From the IMG/VR virus record IMGVR_UViG_3300037418_002332: a DNA stretch of 64,000 bases; one strand, written 5' to 3'. A program made the translations under genes and the position numbers. The notes below the pieces were generated by a model. That model had not been told where the DNA came from and searched no databases. It saw nothing but the letters and a program-made list of their open reading frames with translations. Source of the stretch: a virus. Taxonomy: Duplodnaviria > Caudoviricetes. Of the stretch, positions 8,411-17,511 are shown piece by piece (positions within the stretch are counted from its first letter, which is position 1; each line of letters starts with the position of its first letter).

Positions 8411-9855
8411 TATTGTACACTTCTCGTTGGAATTCGTTTCAATGTATCTTTTGCTTCAACATCAGCGCCAGTGGCTGCTTTATTCTCTGATGCAATTGAA
8501 GTTGAGTTGCCCATGCCAGTTTGTTCAATTGGTTGTTCATATGCATTTTTGGATACATTCATGACAGTATCATAACCATTGGAATTGTAAATGTGTCTGA
8601 CTGACAATACTAGATATTCCCCAGAAATGAACTTGTTAATTTCTTGTTCAACCTTATCTGTACCACCATATTCAGGAAATTGTAAATCAACAACTTGTCC
8701 ACATCTCTTTTCAGAGTCACCAGGAATTGTAATAGTGGCATTAACATTTTCAAATATGAATTTTGAACCAATTTTGTTTTGAAGTATTTCAAATGATTGG
8801 TCAGGTTGATATGTATTTTGTTGTGTATGATTAGTTGGTTCAATCAAAGTAAAACTGTCACCAGATTTGATGTAATCATTGCTATCAGTCAAAAATGCTG
8901 CTGCACGATTTTCACTGGTTTTCTTAAACACATTGTCATTTTCATTGTATTTGTACACTTTTTCTTCATAGAATGAAGTAGCAGGATCTATGAAATTGAT
9001 TTTGTTTTCAACGTATCCCATACGCATGCCAGCATAATAATTGCCCATATTGTGGAATACAAATGATTTGAGTTTCAAGTATTCATATGGTTTTGATGAC
9101 AGTTGGGAAGCACCACCAGAACCACCTGTTGCAGATGATCTTGGTGTACCACCACGACTGAATTCAAAATCCATACCATAGTATTTGTCAATTGATCTAC
9201 CATTTTGCGATCCTTTTGTTCTAACTACAGGATCAATGATTTGATCAGATGTAACAAATCGAAAACCATCTAATGATTGGAAAAAGAAATATGCGTTGGA
9301 CATATAGTTTTGTGATTTAGCATTACGAGTCAACCACAAACATGCATCTGATGGTGAAATATTTGGCACAACATATGTACGAGTGCCTTCAGTTGGATCA
9401 TTTGCTTCACATTCAGCACCGAGATAATCTTTAACAATAGTTTGAACCATTTCTGAAATTGGTCTGTCAACATATGCCTTACGGATACGAGTATTCATAT
9501 CTTTGATCATTGGTGGACTGACACAATTCAACATGTAAGTTGTTTCACGAATGTTTTCGCGTTTGTACTCTTGAATACCAATAACACGAAATGCGTGTTC
9601 AATTGGTTTCAAAAATGCATTACCAGGAGTTTTGAATTTGATTTGAATTACTTCTTGACCAATGATTGGAAATTGTGTGACCAATGCAACAGCATCATGA
9701 ATGACAAAGGATGCTGTAACAAATGGTTTATTCATGGATTCATAGATATTGAATTCCATGACGATAGGAGTGATGTTCGTCTTTCTGCTGCCATTGTAAT
9801 TTGTCAGAATGATTTCATCAATCTGAATACTTCCTGGCTTGTTATACTGTTCCAT
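8410..9855 (-). CDS. Baseplate hub protein (gp27-like / late control D-like)
   Basis: 481 aa; FNIYESM..PF.T....I.DA...P..GQE, YFFFQSLDGFRF, ITIPGD...GQVV...SGEYLVLSVRH; lies between gp53 and gp5. Confidence 0.75.
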   Translation of the reverse strand: MEQYNKPGSIQIDEIILTNYNGSRKTNITPIVMEFNIYESMNKPFVTASFVIHDAVALVTQFPIIGQEVIQIKFKTPGNAFLKPIEHAFRVIGIQEYKRENIRETTYMLNCVSPPMIKDMNTRIRKAYVDRPISEMVQTIVKDYLGAECEANDPTEGTRTYVVPNISPSDACLWLTRNAKSQNYMSNAYFFFQSLDGFRFVTSDQIIDPVVRTKGSQNGRSIDKYYGMDFEFSRGGTPRSSATGGSGGASQLSSKPYEYLKLKSFVFHNMGNYYAGMRMGYVENKINFIDPATSFYEEKVYKYNENDNVFKKTSENRAAAFLTDSNDYIKSGDSFTLIEPTNHTQQNTYQPDQSFEILQNKIGSKFIFENVNATITIPGDSEKRCGQVVDLQFPEYGGTDKVEQEINKFISGEYLVLSVRHIYNSNGYDTVMNVSKNAYEQPIEQTGMGNSTSIASENKAATGADVEAKDTLKRIPTRSVQ

Positions 9856-10408
9856 AAATCTTTTCAGCTTCCTTCAGGATTTGCGGAATGAAAGACTTCT
9901 CAATTACTTTGATTTGCTTGCGTGCTTCGTTCTTTTGCAATTCATAATTGTAATTTGTTACACGTTCACGTTCAGAATCTACAAGCATTTGGTATGCTGC
10001 CTGATCAATTTCGAATTTCTTTTCAGGAACTTGGAAGCCATCATATGTTGTTGTTTGTTTTTGGAATATTTTGTAATATTTGGCATATGTCGTTTTGGCT
10101 GCTGGTATAGAGCCATATTTCTTTTTGATGTAATCATTGAATTCACGATTTGACATTGGCCATTCAAAATATGGATCAATGATTTTGTTGGTGATCAAAA
10201 TCAACCAATCAAGAGTTTCGTCTTTGTAATATCGTTGAGCAACAATGCCTGGTCTCTCATTTTCACGAATGACATATTTGAACAAAATGTATTTGTTTTG
10301 CAAAACTTTCTCAACAAACTTGAATCGTTTGGTGATATCAGTTGCATTGATTTGGTTATTGTCAAGTAAAACATAGTCTACTTTAGGATAATTGTCGAAT
10401 AACCACAT
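9842..10408 (-). CDS. gp53: Baseplate wedge subunit gp53 (LysM-like)
   Basis: F..YPKVDY...Y.IRENERP..VA..YY.D..LDWLIL.TN.IIDPYFEWP...NYELQKNEARKQIKVI. Confidence 0.88.
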   Translation of the reverse strand: MWLFDNYPKVDYVLLDNNQINATDITKRFKFVEKVLQNKYILFKYVIRENERPGIVAQRYYKDETLDWLILITNKIIDPYFEWPMSNREFNDYIKKKYGSIPAAKTTYAKYYKIFQKQTTTYDGFQVPEKKFEIDQAAYQMLVDSERERVTNYNYELQKNEARKQIKVIEKSFIPQILKEAEKIYGTV

Positions 10409-11328
10409 TAGAAGTTTGCTCCTTCTTTGGCGAAATCTTGACGAGTCAAAATTGCAACTTCCATTAATTCAAGATCAAGACTCATTGAAGCTGGAACTTT
10501 TTCACCATTTGGACCTGTGATGTAAACAGGATAGCCTTCATTGTGATATGATACTGCCAAATTGGTCATAACTGTTGGTTTGAACTGGAACAAATGGGAA
10601 TCATTTGTAATTTTCAATAAGAACAAATCTGGATATGTATAGATATTGTTTTTGAAAATAGCATCAAAATCAGGTGACATACCAACTTGCAATTGACTGA
10701 TAATGTCACGAATTGCCACTGCCTCTTGATAATTCTTAGGAAACATTTTCCAACCAAATCGAAATGTTCTAAATGATGGTGAACCAAACAAAGCAACTTT
10801 ATATGGATTTCTGGTCATACCAGTAAATGCACTTGTATCTTTGAATATGTCCAAATTGGTCAAAATGCTAGAACCATATGCCATTGCAGCATTCCAGCCA
10901 AAACTCTTCAAATCAGCAGCATCTAAACCAGTTACTGTATCTGCTAATGATTTAGCAATACCACCAGCAGAATAACCATTTGGATTATTTGCAGGCAAAG
11001 CATTTCTGAATTTGTTGATACCTTCAGTTGCTGCACCACGGATGAAATTAGTCCATGTTCCAACATTTTCTGTATCCCAACCAGCAGTGTAACTCTTGTT
11101 TAGATCACTTGGTATTGGTAATGCAATTACTCTTGCACCATCAGCATCGACAAGTTTTTCTTCACTGTCGATATCTTCTTTGGAGTATTTCTTACGTGTG
11201 ATTGTAATCCAATTACCAATTTCGTTATAATTGGATGTTGGAAATCTCAGCAACGATGTATCTGCTGTCGAAGCATTAATCGGTGAGTCTTCAGATGACG
11301 GAGAAACTGGTGTGTCGTCGAAAGGCAT
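10408..11328 (-). CDS. gp48: Baseplate tail-tube cap gp48
   Basis: 306 aa; IALPIP...SY...W, NPY...F..PSFRTFRFGWKMFPKN..EA..I..I...YPD, V.TNLAVSY; first gene of the leftward baseplate operon. Confidence 0.8.
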   Translation of the reverse strand: MPFDDTPVSPSSEDSPINASTADTSLLRFPTSNYNEIGNWITITRKKYSKEDIDSEEKLVDADGARVIALPIPSDLNKSYTAGWDTENVGTWTNFIRGAATEGINKFRNALPANNPNGYSAGGIAKSLADTVTGLDAADLKSFGWNAAMAYGSSILTNLDIFKDTSAFTGMTRNPYKVALFGSPSFRTFRFGWKMFPKNYQEAVAIRDIISQLQVGMSPDFDAIFKNNIYTYPDLFLLKITNDSHLFQFKPTVMTNLAVSYHNEGYPVYITGPNGEKVPASMSLDLELMEVAILTRQDFAKEGANF

Positions 11329-11336
11329 GTTGTTCC

Positions 11337-11344
11337 TATAAATA
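11337..11344 (+). promoter_or_regulatory. T4 late promoter TATAAATA (towards gp4)
   Basis: Exact consensus in the intergenic region. Confidence 0.85.
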
Positions 11345-11356
11345 TTTGATCAACAT

Positions 11357-11364
11357 TATTTATA
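11357..11364 (-). promoter_or_regulatory. T4 late promoter TATAAATA (towards gp48)
   Basis: TATTTATA on the plus strand; faces the promoter at 11337. Confidence 0.85.
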
Positions 11365-11370
11365 GGCATC

Positions 11371-11817
11371 ATGCGTAGATTTCCAAAACCAAAACCATTC
11401 AAGCCAAAGAACCCATCCAAGTATGTTGGTGATGTACATAAAATCATATGTAGATCAGGTATTGAACTGCGTTACATGAAATATTTCGATGAAACAACAG
11501 CAGTGACCAAATGGGCATCTGAAAAAATAGTCATACCATATGTCAATCCATTGGATGGTCAAGTACATCGATATTTCCCTGACTTCATGGTACAAATATT
11601 GACGAAAGGTCAGAAAAGAAACTATTTGATTGAAATCAAATCAAGTGGTGATACTGTTCAACCAGTCAAAGGTAAAAGAGCCAGTAAAACGTTTATCACT
11701 GAACAGGCAACATGGTCAGTCAATAATGCCAAATGGAAAGCAGCCAAAGCATTTTGTGCCAAACATAATATGACATTCATGGTGCTCACAGAGAAGGAAA
11801 TCAAATTCAAGTTCTAG
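11371..11817 (+). CDS. gp4: Head completion nuclease gp4
   Basis: FKPKNPSKYVGD...I.RS..E...M.YFD....V..WASE...IPY..P.DG.VHRYFPDF...IEIK...VN.AKW.AA..FC (TnsA-like nuclease). Confidence 0.92.
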   Translation: MRRFPKPKPFKPKNPSKYVGDVHKIICRSGIELRYMKYFDETTAVTKWASEKIVIPYVNPLDGQVHRYFPDFMVQILTKGQKRNYLIEIKSSGDTVQPVKGKRASKTFITEQATWSVNNAKWKAAKAFCAKHNMTFMVLTEKEIKFKF

Positions 11818-11820
11818 TGG

Positions 11821-11828
11821 TATAAATA
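11821..11828 (+). promoter_or_regulatory. T4 late promoter TATAAATA (gp2 operon)
   Basis: Exact consensus directly after the gp4 stop. Confidence 0.85.
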
Positions 11829-11851
11829 TTGGTTAGAACAAGGAATTGATA

Positions 11852-12460
11852 GTGGTCGCCAAAGCAAAACCCAAAAACTCTCGAACTTTTGATTACATCT
11901 TGTCTGAAGGTGTAAGAAAAGGACTTGCTCCAGCCAAAACACAGGAAGCCAGAAATTGGTTTCGACAAAAAGCAAAATCAACTCTTGCTACACCATCCAG
12001 TTTGATTCGTGAAGATAGAGAAAGACTTCAAACACAAATCAAAATTGGTGAAATGTATCATTTCTTCTATGATCCAAAACATAAGAAAGAATTGCCATAC
12101 TATGACAGTTTCCCATTGATTTTCAAAATTGAAGAATATTCAGATCGCTTTCTCGGTATCAACCTGCATTATTTGCCATTACCATTGCGTGCCAAATTGA
12201 TGGATGCGTTGTATTCATTGTCAACTAACACAAGATATGATGAAAAGACAAAACTCAAAATTTCATATCAAATTCTCAAGGCAGCATCCAAGTACAAATG
12301 GTTCAAACCGTGTATTAAGATGTACTTGAAATCGCATGTTAAAAGCAGATTCATGAAAGTATATGCAACTGAGTGGGACATTGCTCTGTTCTTACCAACA
12401 GAAAGCTTCAACAAAGCATCCAAACAAAAAGTTTGGAGAGATTCAAGGGAATCAGTATAA
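11852..12460 (+). CDS. gp2: DNA end protector protein gp2
   Basis: ARNWFR...GEMYHFFYDPKHK..LPYYD.FPL...F.GINLHYLP...R..L...PCIK.YL..HV.S. Start taken as GTG 11852 after AGGA; TTG 11846 is the alternative. Confidence 0.9.
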   Translation: MVAKAKPKNSRTFDYILSEGVRKGLAPAKTQEARNWFRQKAKSTLATPSSLIREDRERLQTQIKIGEMYHFFYDPKHKKELPYYDSFPLIFKIEEYSDRFLGINLHYLPLPLRAKLMDALYSLSTNTRYDEKTKLKISYQILKAASKYKWFKPCIKMYLKSHVKSRFMKVYATEWDIALFLPTESFNKASKQKVWRDSRESV

Positions 12461-13008
12461 TGCCATTCAACATTAACGAATTCGTGTCTGAATTGAATGC
12501 AAATGGAGTTGCGAAACTTTCCAATTTCGATGTCATCATCAACGGACCTGCTGGTATTCAAGATGTTGGTGTTGAACGTTCAATTCAAATGAGATGTTTT
12601 GTAGTTGATTTGCCAGGCAGACGTGTAGAAACTGGTGGTGCTATTGTGTATGGTCCTCCAAGAAAAATAGCAACCAATTCTATCTTTGATGAAATTACAT
12701 TACAAATAATTTTGTCTGAGGATATGGCAGAACGTGAATACTTTGAAACATGGTTTGACAAAATTGTTGGCAACTACAGAAATTTGCAATCTGATCCAAA
12801 TATGTACGATGTTGGATTCTATGATGATTATATTGGTACAGTTGAAATTACCAATTATTCTGAATCAGGAGACGTAATTCATCGAACAAAATTGATTGAA
12901 GCATACCCACTGAATATTGGCGCTGAGTCATTATCATGGGAACAAGGAAATCAATTGATGATACTTCCAGTGACCATGTATTATAAACATTACAAAAATG
13001 AAAACTAA
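12460..13008 (+). CDS. gp54: Baseplate tail-tube initiator gp54 (gp19-like fold)
   Basis: ATG overlaps the gp2 stop (TAATG); G.AK.S.F.V.I...C....LPGR...F.EITL...ERE.FE.W...LIEAYP.NIG. Confidence 0.75.
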   Translation: MPFNINEFVSELNANGVAKLSNFDVIINGPAGIQDVGVERSIQMRCFVVDLPGRRVETGGAIVYGPPRKIATNSIFDEITLQIILSEDMAEREYFETWFDKIVGNYRNLQSDPNMYDVGFYDDYIGTVEITNYSESGDVIHRTKLIEAYPLNIGAESLSWEQGNQLMILPVTMYYKHYKNEN

Positions 13009-13019
13009 GGAGTTATAAT

Positions 13020-13721
13020 TTGCTGCCTGTACTTAACATTGCGAAACAACAAATAACAGTCCCATTTGTTAACAAAACATATACCATTAGACCATACCTT
13101 GTTGGTGAAGAAAAAGGCCTGATGATGTCTCTTGAATCAAGAGACGACGTTCAAATTGCTAAAGCAATCAAAAATCTGATTGTATCATGTGTGGAAGAGA
13201 AAATCAATATCGATGATCTATCCACATTTGAAACTGAATACATTTTCCTTCAACTTAGAATTATGTCAGTCAGTAACATTTCAGAAGTTGGATTTGGTCA
13301 TCAACATTCCACAGAATGTCAACATATCCAAAAAGTCACTATCGATCTAAACCAAATACAAATTGATGGTAAGATTGATAACAAAGTTTTATTGGATGAA
13401 GAATCAGGCATCGGTGTTATGTTAACCATGCCATCCAATAAGACCTTGGCTAAGAAATACAATACTGAAACTGAAAAAGTATTTGGATTGATTCAGGATA
13501 GTATTCAAGCAATTTATGATAAACAATCAGTGTATTACACCAAGGATGTAGCTCCTGATGAGTTGACATCTTGGATCAACAACCTAAATAATTCGCAAAT
13601 GCGCAAAATTGCTGATTTCTTCAGTGATTTGCCAACCATGAATTACGATATCAAGTACAAATGTGAAAAATGTGGCGAAATTGAAGAGTTCAAAGTAACA
13701 GGATTGTCCAATTTTTTATAA
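13020..13721 (+). CDS. gp26: Baseplate hub assembly chaperone, gp26-like
   Basis: LP.LN...RPYLVGEEK.L...FE.EYIFLQLR..SV...YDIKYKCEKC...GLSNF; TTG start after AAGGAG. Confidence 0.82.
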   Translation: MLPVLNIAKQQITVPFVNKTYTIRPYLVGEEKGLMMSLESRDDVQIAKAIKNLIVSCVEEKINIDDLSTFETEYIFLQLRIMSVSNISEVGFGHQHSTECQHIQKVTIDLNQIQIDGKIDNKVLLDEESGIGVMLTMPSNKTLAKKYNTETEKVFGLIQDSIQAIYDKQSVYYTKDVAPDELTSWINNLNNSQMRKIADFFSDLPTMNYDIKYKCEKCGEIEEFKVTGLSNFL

Positions 13722-13942
13722 TATGTCTTAGTCATGAAAGCTTGAAAAATTATTACATGACCAATTTTACGCTGATGTATGATTTGAAAAAAGACATTAC
13801 ACAATGGGACAACTTCATGCCGTTCGAAAAGCAGATCTACTTGGAAATGATCATGCAAAGGCTTGAATCTGAAAGTAAAAATAACAATAAGAACAATAAC
13901 ATGTCCTCTATTCCAACGGAGGATGAATTCAGAGGCAGATAA
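13712..13942 (+). CDS. gp51-like hub assembly segment, probably expressed as a -1 frameshift extension of gp26
   Basis: The -1 frame from TTTTTTA reads FFIICLSHESLKNYYMTNFTLMY...MPFEKQIYLEM. The family-like LSHESL segment lies upstream of the only usable starts (TTG 13742, ATG 13757), and neither has an SD. Confidence 0.7.
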   Translation, partial: FFIICLSHESLKNYYMTNFTLMYDLKKDITQWDNFMPFEKQIYLEMIMQRLESESKNNNKNNNMSSIPTEDEFRGR

Positions 13943-14380
13943 ATGGTAGACAAAAGAACGGATACTCAAAAGAAGAACGACGACAGATTTGCAAATAGAC
14001 GCAAAATGGCATTTTGGTCATTGTATGCTGTCCTATTGGTTACACTGAGCGTTACAGTCAAAATTCTCATTGCTCCAGCACTTGATGTTGGTCAATATTC
14101 AATCATTCTGAACTGGTCACTATCAATTCTTGGTGGTGTTGTATTGGCATTTATTGGTGCTGCGTCAGTTGAACAAATCAAAACTCCTCTTATTGGTAAT
14201 GACTCAACTGTTGTACTTGGACAAGATGAAAGATTGGTCAAAGCAGCTGATGCTCCAGTAGATAATGGTTCACCCGATCCACAATCAAATTGGACACCAA
14301 CTGAAGATGATACTGACCCTGAAGTATCAGTAGCCAAAAGAAGAAACTATCAAGAACCTGAAGAACTTCAAGGCAACTAA
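13943..14380 (+). CDS. Two-TM membrane protein (holin-like)
   Basis: Basic NRRKMAFW followed by two hydrophobic helices (SLYAVLLVTLSVTVKILIA; IILNWSLSILGGVVLAFIGAA) and an acidic tail. Confidence 0.5.
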   Translation: MVDKRTDTQKKNDDRFANRRKMAFWSLYAVLLVTLSVTVKILIAPALDVGQYSIILNWSLSILGGVVLAFIGAASVEQIKTPLIGNDSTVVLGQDERLVKAADAPVDNGSPDPQSNWTPTEDDTDPEVSVAKRRNYQEPEELQGN

Positions 14381-16458
14381 TGGCAAATGATTTTGACTAC
14401 ACTAATCTGATCAAATCACTGTATTTGGCAGGTGTTAGTGAAGATGAAATTGCAAAACAGTTCAAGTTAACGAGAGCTGTTGTTAATCAATTCATTCAAA
14501 AAATCAAAGCAACGCAGCAGCCAACAACACCTGCGGCTCCTGCTATTCCTGCTCCTGCATCCACACCATTACCAAAAATCAATGCAAATATTCAAGTGAA
14601 TGGTGTTGTTCAAAAAGGACCATCAATTGCTGTTATTGACGATGAAAGTATAAAGAAAATCGTGAATGCGTCAACTCAAGCATTCAGCACTTCAAAATCA
14701 TATCAACATACAATTCAACCAACTGCTGGTAAAAAGATCGATGATCAGGACTTTAGCAGTTTTTTCAGTGGTTACAAAACTGATACTATGAACATCTTCA
14801 CTAAGATGGCTAAAACACTTGAGGATTTGTTGAAGTCATTTGAAAAAAGTGAAGCTCGTATTAATCAACAAGGCAAAAAGCAAGACGCTAAAGATCAACG
14901 CGATAGACTTGACAAAATTGAAGAAGATCGTGAAAAGCCAAATAGAAAAAATGATGAACAAGATGGTTGGTTTGAAAAAATCAAAAATTTGATAAGAACT
15001 GGAGCAGGTGGCGTTGGAGGCGCATTATCAAATCCATCATCTGTAGTTGATTTTGCCAAGAATCAATTTTTGGGTACAGCATTAGGTGCATTTGCTGGTA
15101 ATGTTGTCAGAAGTCCATTCAAAACTGTTGGTGGATTGCTCAAAAATCCATGGTTGTTAGCAGCGTTGGCAGCAGGCAATGAAGCATGGCGATCTGCTGG
15201 ACAAACAGATTATAAACCTGACCCAACTTCACACAATACTGATGACGAAAATTATTTGGGCAGATTTTTAGCTGGTAATGGAAGCAAAGATTGGACTGAC
15301 AGAATTCAACATTATGCAGGTCTTGCTGGTACAGGTTTCTTGGCTGGTGGTGCAGGCGGTTCAGTTATTGGTGGTGTTGGTGCAATTCCTGGTGCAATAT
15401 TGGGTGGACTTGGTGGACTTGGTGTGGCAGCTGGTGGTGAATTGATTGGTCAAGATGCAATGGCAAACATAGTTGGTGCAGTAAAAGCTGGTGCATCAAA
15501 TGTTACTCCTGGTATGTTCATGGGGGTCAGAAGTGGCGACATTGGTATAAGTGAGGATAGAGCAGACCGTCTCCGTAAAGAAATTGCAGAAACTGATGTA
15601 GATATCAAAGCCAAAAATAAAAAGATGGATGGCATTATGGATGCCATGGCTAAATTGAGACTACAAGTTGATGACGCAAACAAACGTGGTGATAAAGCTG
15701 GTGCAGCTGCACTTCAAGCTCAAATGGATGCATTGAGCAGTGAAGGTGGTCAAACACAAATTGCTATCGGTGCTGCCCAAAAGAAAAGAGATTGGTCTTC
15801 ACAAGATTTGGATAGAGGCATACGTGAAAATGCTGCACAAACAGGTGCAGATATTGGTGGTGACATTTTAACTAATGTATTGAAAAAGAAACATGAAAAG
15901 GCAATGGGTGAACTTGGTGCTCAAGTTGGTAAACTTGTTGGACCAAAGATTGATCCAAATATTCCACTTGATCCGGGGATCAATGCACAAAAGATGAAAG
16001 TTTTACAAGGTTCAATCTATGCACCTGTTGGACAATTTTTGGATGATGCCAAATCAAGTATCGAAAGCATTTTCAATTGGGACAATTTTTTGAAAACATG
16101 GTACAGTGGAAGTCCTGAAGCTTACAACAAGATAGCACCTGCAGGTGCACAATTACCTGTTGATCCTTCCAAACCACATATTACCATGGAATCATATTTG
16201 AAATCTAAGGAAGAAAATAAAGGTTGGTTGTCCAATTTGTTTACATCAACTGAAAAGCCAAAGACAAAATCAATTCAAGAAATGGCTCGTGATGCAAATC
16301 AAGGCAGTAACGCATTTGGACAAATGCTTGGTGCTATGTCAAATATTCAAAATCAAAATACAAGTGTTAATAACACTGTCAATAACAAAACTGTGGTCGC
16401 TAGACCACCACTCGCAACCGATCAAAACTTCGGTGGATATGGAAGGGGAGGGTTCTAA
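14380..16458 (+). CDS. Tape-measure / tail-length determinator-like protein (gp29-like)
   Basis: 692 aa after gp26/51; coiled-coil segments, a Gly/Ala-rich hydrophobic stretch and an Asn/Thr-rich C-terminus (NTSVNNTVNN). Confidence 0.6.
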   Translation: MANDFDYTNLIKSLYLAGVSEDEIAKQFKLTRAVVNQFIQKIKATQQPTTPAAPAIPAPASTPLPKINANIQVNGVVQKGPSIAVIDDESIKKIVNASTQAFSTSKSYQHTIQPTAGKKIDDQDFSSFFSGYKTDTMNIFTKMAKTLEDLLKSFEKSEARINQQGKKQDAKDQRDRLDKIEEDREKPNRKNDEQDGWFEKIKNLIRTGAGGVGGALSNPSSVVDFAKNQFLGTALGAFAGNVVRSPFKTVGGLLKNPWLLAALAAGNEAWRSAGQTDYKPDPTSHNTDDENYLGRFLAGNGSKDWTDRIQHYAGLAGTGFLAGGAGGSVIGGVGAIPGAILGGLGGLGVAAGGELIGQDAMANIVGAVKAGASNVTPGMFMGVRSGDIGISEDRADRLRKEIAETDVDIKAKNKKMDGIMDAMAKLRLQVDDANKRGDKAGAAALQAQMDALSSEGGQTQIAIGAAQKKRDWSSQDLDRGIRENAAQTGADIGGDILTNVLKKKHEKAMGELGAQVGKLVGPKIDPNIPLDPGINAQKMKVLQGSIYAPVGQFLDDAKSSIESIFNWDNFLKTWYSGSPEAYNKIAPAGAQLPVDPSKPHITMESYLKSKEENKGWLSNLFTSTEKPKTKSIQEMARDANQGSNAFGQMLGAMSNIQNQNTSVNNTVNNKTVVARPPLATDQNFGGYGRGGF

Positions 16459-16468
16459 GGCCCTCCCC
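16445..16468. terminator. Hairpin between the convergent tape-measure-like gene and gp32
   Basis: GGGGAGGG-ttctaagg-CCCTCCCC. Confidence 0.65.
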
Positions 16469-16476
16469 AACTCTCA

Positions 16477-17430
16477 TTATTCGTTAATCCACTCATCGAT
16501 CAAGGCTGAAGTGTCATCAGACGAATCTGATTCCGTTTCTTCGAGAAGTCTATTAACTTCATCGTCGTCTTGAGCGACTGGTGGGCGCGCTTCACTCTTC
16601 TTTGGTTCAACTTTCTTCTCTGAAGGAGTAGCAGAGCTATTGGTTGTACCATATAGAACTTCATCCAATTTTTTCTTCAACTCATCATAAGTCTTGAAAT
16701 GCTTTGAACGATCAAGAAGTTCAAGCAATGAATACTCTGCATCCCAAATTGCTTCAATTTGGTCATCAGAAAGTGGCTTGCCATTTTTGTCTGAGATAGG
16801 AGCAACACTATCCCATTCAGATGAATCGTAATTTGGGAATGACTTGTCATCAACTTTGACAGTTTTGATTTTCATTCTGAAGTTACGACCAGTCCAGAAG
16901 TTAAATGGATCGATTGGGTCTTCACCATAGGTTTCATCTGGATTCATCAAAGCAGTGATCTTATCATAGATTTTCTTGCCATATTTGTACAAGAAAACAC
17001 GACCTTCATTTTCTGGATTCAAAGGATCTTTGACCACCAAAATGTTACTGGTGTACTTCAAGTCTCTCTTTTGACGAGAAGCTTGTGCTTTACCAGCATC
17101 ATCTTGTTCCCAAAGCTTGCTGTTAAGTTCACCAACAGGATCCTTTTCATTGAATGTAGTCAATGAATTTTCTGCGTAATACTTACCAGTTGCCTTATTG
17201 TTGAAATTGTGTGAGTAAATCTTCACCCATGGAAGAGCTTCTGGGTGGGAATCATCAACTTTGGATACAGGGAGGAATCTAATGATGGCGAAACCATTAC
17301 CGTCGTCGCCACGTTTTGGAGACCAATAACGTTCGTCTGACTTCTTTTCGTAGACTGGTGCCTTGGCTTTTTCTTTGAATTTTTCGAGATTTGATTTTGA
17401 TCTTGCTTTGAGTTCTTGTAGTGATGTCAT
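16477..17430 (-). CDS. gp32: Single-stranded DNA-binding protein gp32
   Basis: DERYWSPK...GNGFAIIRFLP...PWVKIYSH.F...Y.ENSLTT...DPV.ELNSKLW...RQKR...Y.SNILVVKDP..PENEGRVFLYKYGKKI; acidic C-terminal tail. Confidence 0.95.
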   Translation of the reverse strand: MTSLQELKARSKSNLEKFKEKAKAPVYEKKSDERYWSPKRGDDGNGFAIIRFLPVSKVDDSHPEALPWVKIYSHNFNNKATGKYYAENSLTTFNEKDPVGELNSKLWEQDDAGKAQASRQKRDLKYTSNILVVKDPLNPENEGRVFLYKYGKKIYDKITALMNPDETYGEDPIDPFNFWTGRNFRMKIKTVKVDDKSFPNYDSSEWDSVAPISDKNGKPLSDDQIEAIWDAEYSLLELLDRSKHFKTYDELKKKLDEVLYGTTNSSATPSEKKVEPKKSEARPPVAQDDDEVNRLLEETESDSSDDTSALIDEWINE

Positions 17431-17503
17431 GTATATTTTTCCTTTTAATTTTGGATCTTTTTGGCTAATTTATGGCTTCACCAATAATCAAAGTATAGAA
17501 CCA

Positions 17504-17511
17504 TATTTATA
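17504..17511 (-). promoter_or_regulatory. T4 late promoter TATAAATA upstream of gp32
   Basis: TATTTATA on the plus strand immediately after the gp59 stop. Confidence 0.75.
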
